From Eutreptiella sp. 'Long Island Sound 2002' (taxonomy: Eukaryota; Protista; Euglenida), in the NCBI GenBank assembly GCA_964036045.1, contig OZ038378.1, positions 16,182,001 to 16,246,000 of the forward strand: DNA of 64,000 bases, read 5' to 3'. This document shows, piece by piece, positions 62,701 through 64,000 of this stretch; the stretch's first letter is position 1, and every line of letters begins with the position of its first letter. The position numbers and the translations under genes are program-made. The notes under the pieces were generated by a model, which was not told the DNA's origin, did not search any database, and was given only the letters and a program-made list of their open reading frames with translations.

Positions 62701-64000
62701 AGGGGCCACAGGCAAGGCGGTCCACACAGAAGGCGGTGCCTACACAAGGCGGTGCACACAAAAGGCGGCCTGTGGCCACCGCAGGAGTCATGTTATTTAA
62801 GGGGCCACAGGCAAGGCGGTACACACAGAACGCGGTGCCCACACAAGGCGGTGCACACAAAAGGCGGCCTGTGGCCACCGCAGGAGTCATGTTATTTCAG
62901 GGGCCACAGGCAAGGCGGTACACACAGAACGCGGTGCCTACACAAGGCGGTGCACACAAAAGGCGGCCTGTGGCCACCGCAGGAGTCATGTTATTTCAGG
63001 GGCCACAGGCAAGGCGGTACACACAGAAGGCGGTGCCCACACAAGGCGGTGCACACAAAAGGCGGCCTATGGCCACCGCAGGAGTCATGTTATTTAAGGG
63101 GCAACAGGCAAGGCGGTACACACAGAAGGCGGTGCACACAAAAGGCGGCCTGTGGCCACCGCAGGAGTCATGTTATTTAAGGGGCCATAGGCAAGGCGGT
63201 GCACATAGAACGCGGTGCACACAAAAGGCGGCCTGTGGCCACCGCAGGAGTCATGTTATTTAAGGAGCCACAGGCAAGGCGGTACACACAGAAGGCGGTG
63301 CCTACACAAGGCGGTGCACACAAAAGGCGGCCTGGGGCCACCGCAGGAGTCATGTTATTTCAGGGGCCACAGGCAAGGCGGTACACACAGATGGCGGTGC
63401 CCACACAAGGCGGTGCACACAAAAGGCGGCCTATGGCCACCGCAGGAGTCATGTTATTTCAGGGGCCACAGGCAAGGCGGTACACACAGAAGGCGGTGCC
63501 CACACAAGGCGGTGCACACAAAAGGCGGCCTGTGGCCACCGCAGGAGTCATGTTATTTAAGGGGCCACAGGCAAGGCGGTACACACAGATGGCGGTGCCC
63601 ACACAAGGCGGTGCACACAAAAGGCGGCCTATGGCCACCGCAGGAGTCATGTTATTTAAGGGGCCACAGACAAGGCGGTGCACATAGAACGCGGTGCACA
63701 CAAAAGGCAGCCTGTGGCCACCGCAGGAGTCATGTTATTTAAGGAGCCACAGGCAAGGCGGTACACACAGAAGGCGGTGCCCACACAAGGCGGTGCACAC
63801 AAAAGGCGGCCTGTGGCCACCGCAGGAGTCATGTTATTTCAGGGGCCACAGGCAAGGCGGTACACACATAAGGCGGTGCCTACACAAGGCGGTGCACACA
63901 AAAGGCGGCCTGTGGCCACCGCAGGAGTCATGTTATTTCAGGGGCCACAGGCAAGGCGGTACACACAGAAGGCGGTGCCCACACAAGGCGGTGCACACAA
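59755..64000 (+). repeat. Tandem satellite of ~44 units: 99-bp monomer with 83-bp variants; runs off the window end; most likely inside IleRS intron 19
   Basis: Monomer = 43-bp core (ctgtggccaccgcaggagtcatgttatttaaggggccacaggc) + 3.5 copies of the 16-bp subrepeat aaggcggt(g/a)cacac(a/v). The 83-bp variants lack one subrepeat. Confidence 0.97.

Noticed and set aside
59755-64000. CRISPR-like array, or long ORFs (up to 472 aa) in the tandem repeat
   Set aside because: There are no unique spacers and no cas genes, and the context is eukaryotic. The ORFs arise because 99 is a multiple of 3 and some frames lack stops.

Overview
This is eukaryotic nuclear DNA, not prokaryotic; the lineage is probably a euglenozoan or euglenid-like protist, but that is an inference. 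I assembled three co-oriented (+ strand), intron-rich genes by hand from GT-AG junctions that keep the reading frame. (1) The last four exons of RAD50 (4321-13188). (2) A complete GT34-family (GMA12/MNN10-like) type II membrane glycosyltransferase (17945 or 18170 to 28296). (3) The first 19 exons (892 codons) of a cytosolic isoleucyl-tRNA synthetase (33125-57936), which must continue beyond the window. Almost all ORFs in the six-frame track are spurious. Introns and intergenic DNA are filled with repeats: a ~1.2 kb foldback palindrome, a hAT-type MITE, a tRNA-derived Pol III-like head, decayed retroelement-like ORFs, micro- and minisatellites, and a >4.2 kb 99-bp tandem array built from a hairpin core plus 16-bp subrepeats. 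The most notable observations are the shifted 5' splice-site consensus (GTRYGY, almost no +4A), the hairpin/iteron-like satellite with nested higher-order duplications, the foldback element, and a TTAGGG tract directly upstream of the glycosyltransferase. I found no CRISPR array, rRNA, intact tRNA, or intact transposase/RT. I cannot claim a demonstrably new biological system; the findings are candidates to test.
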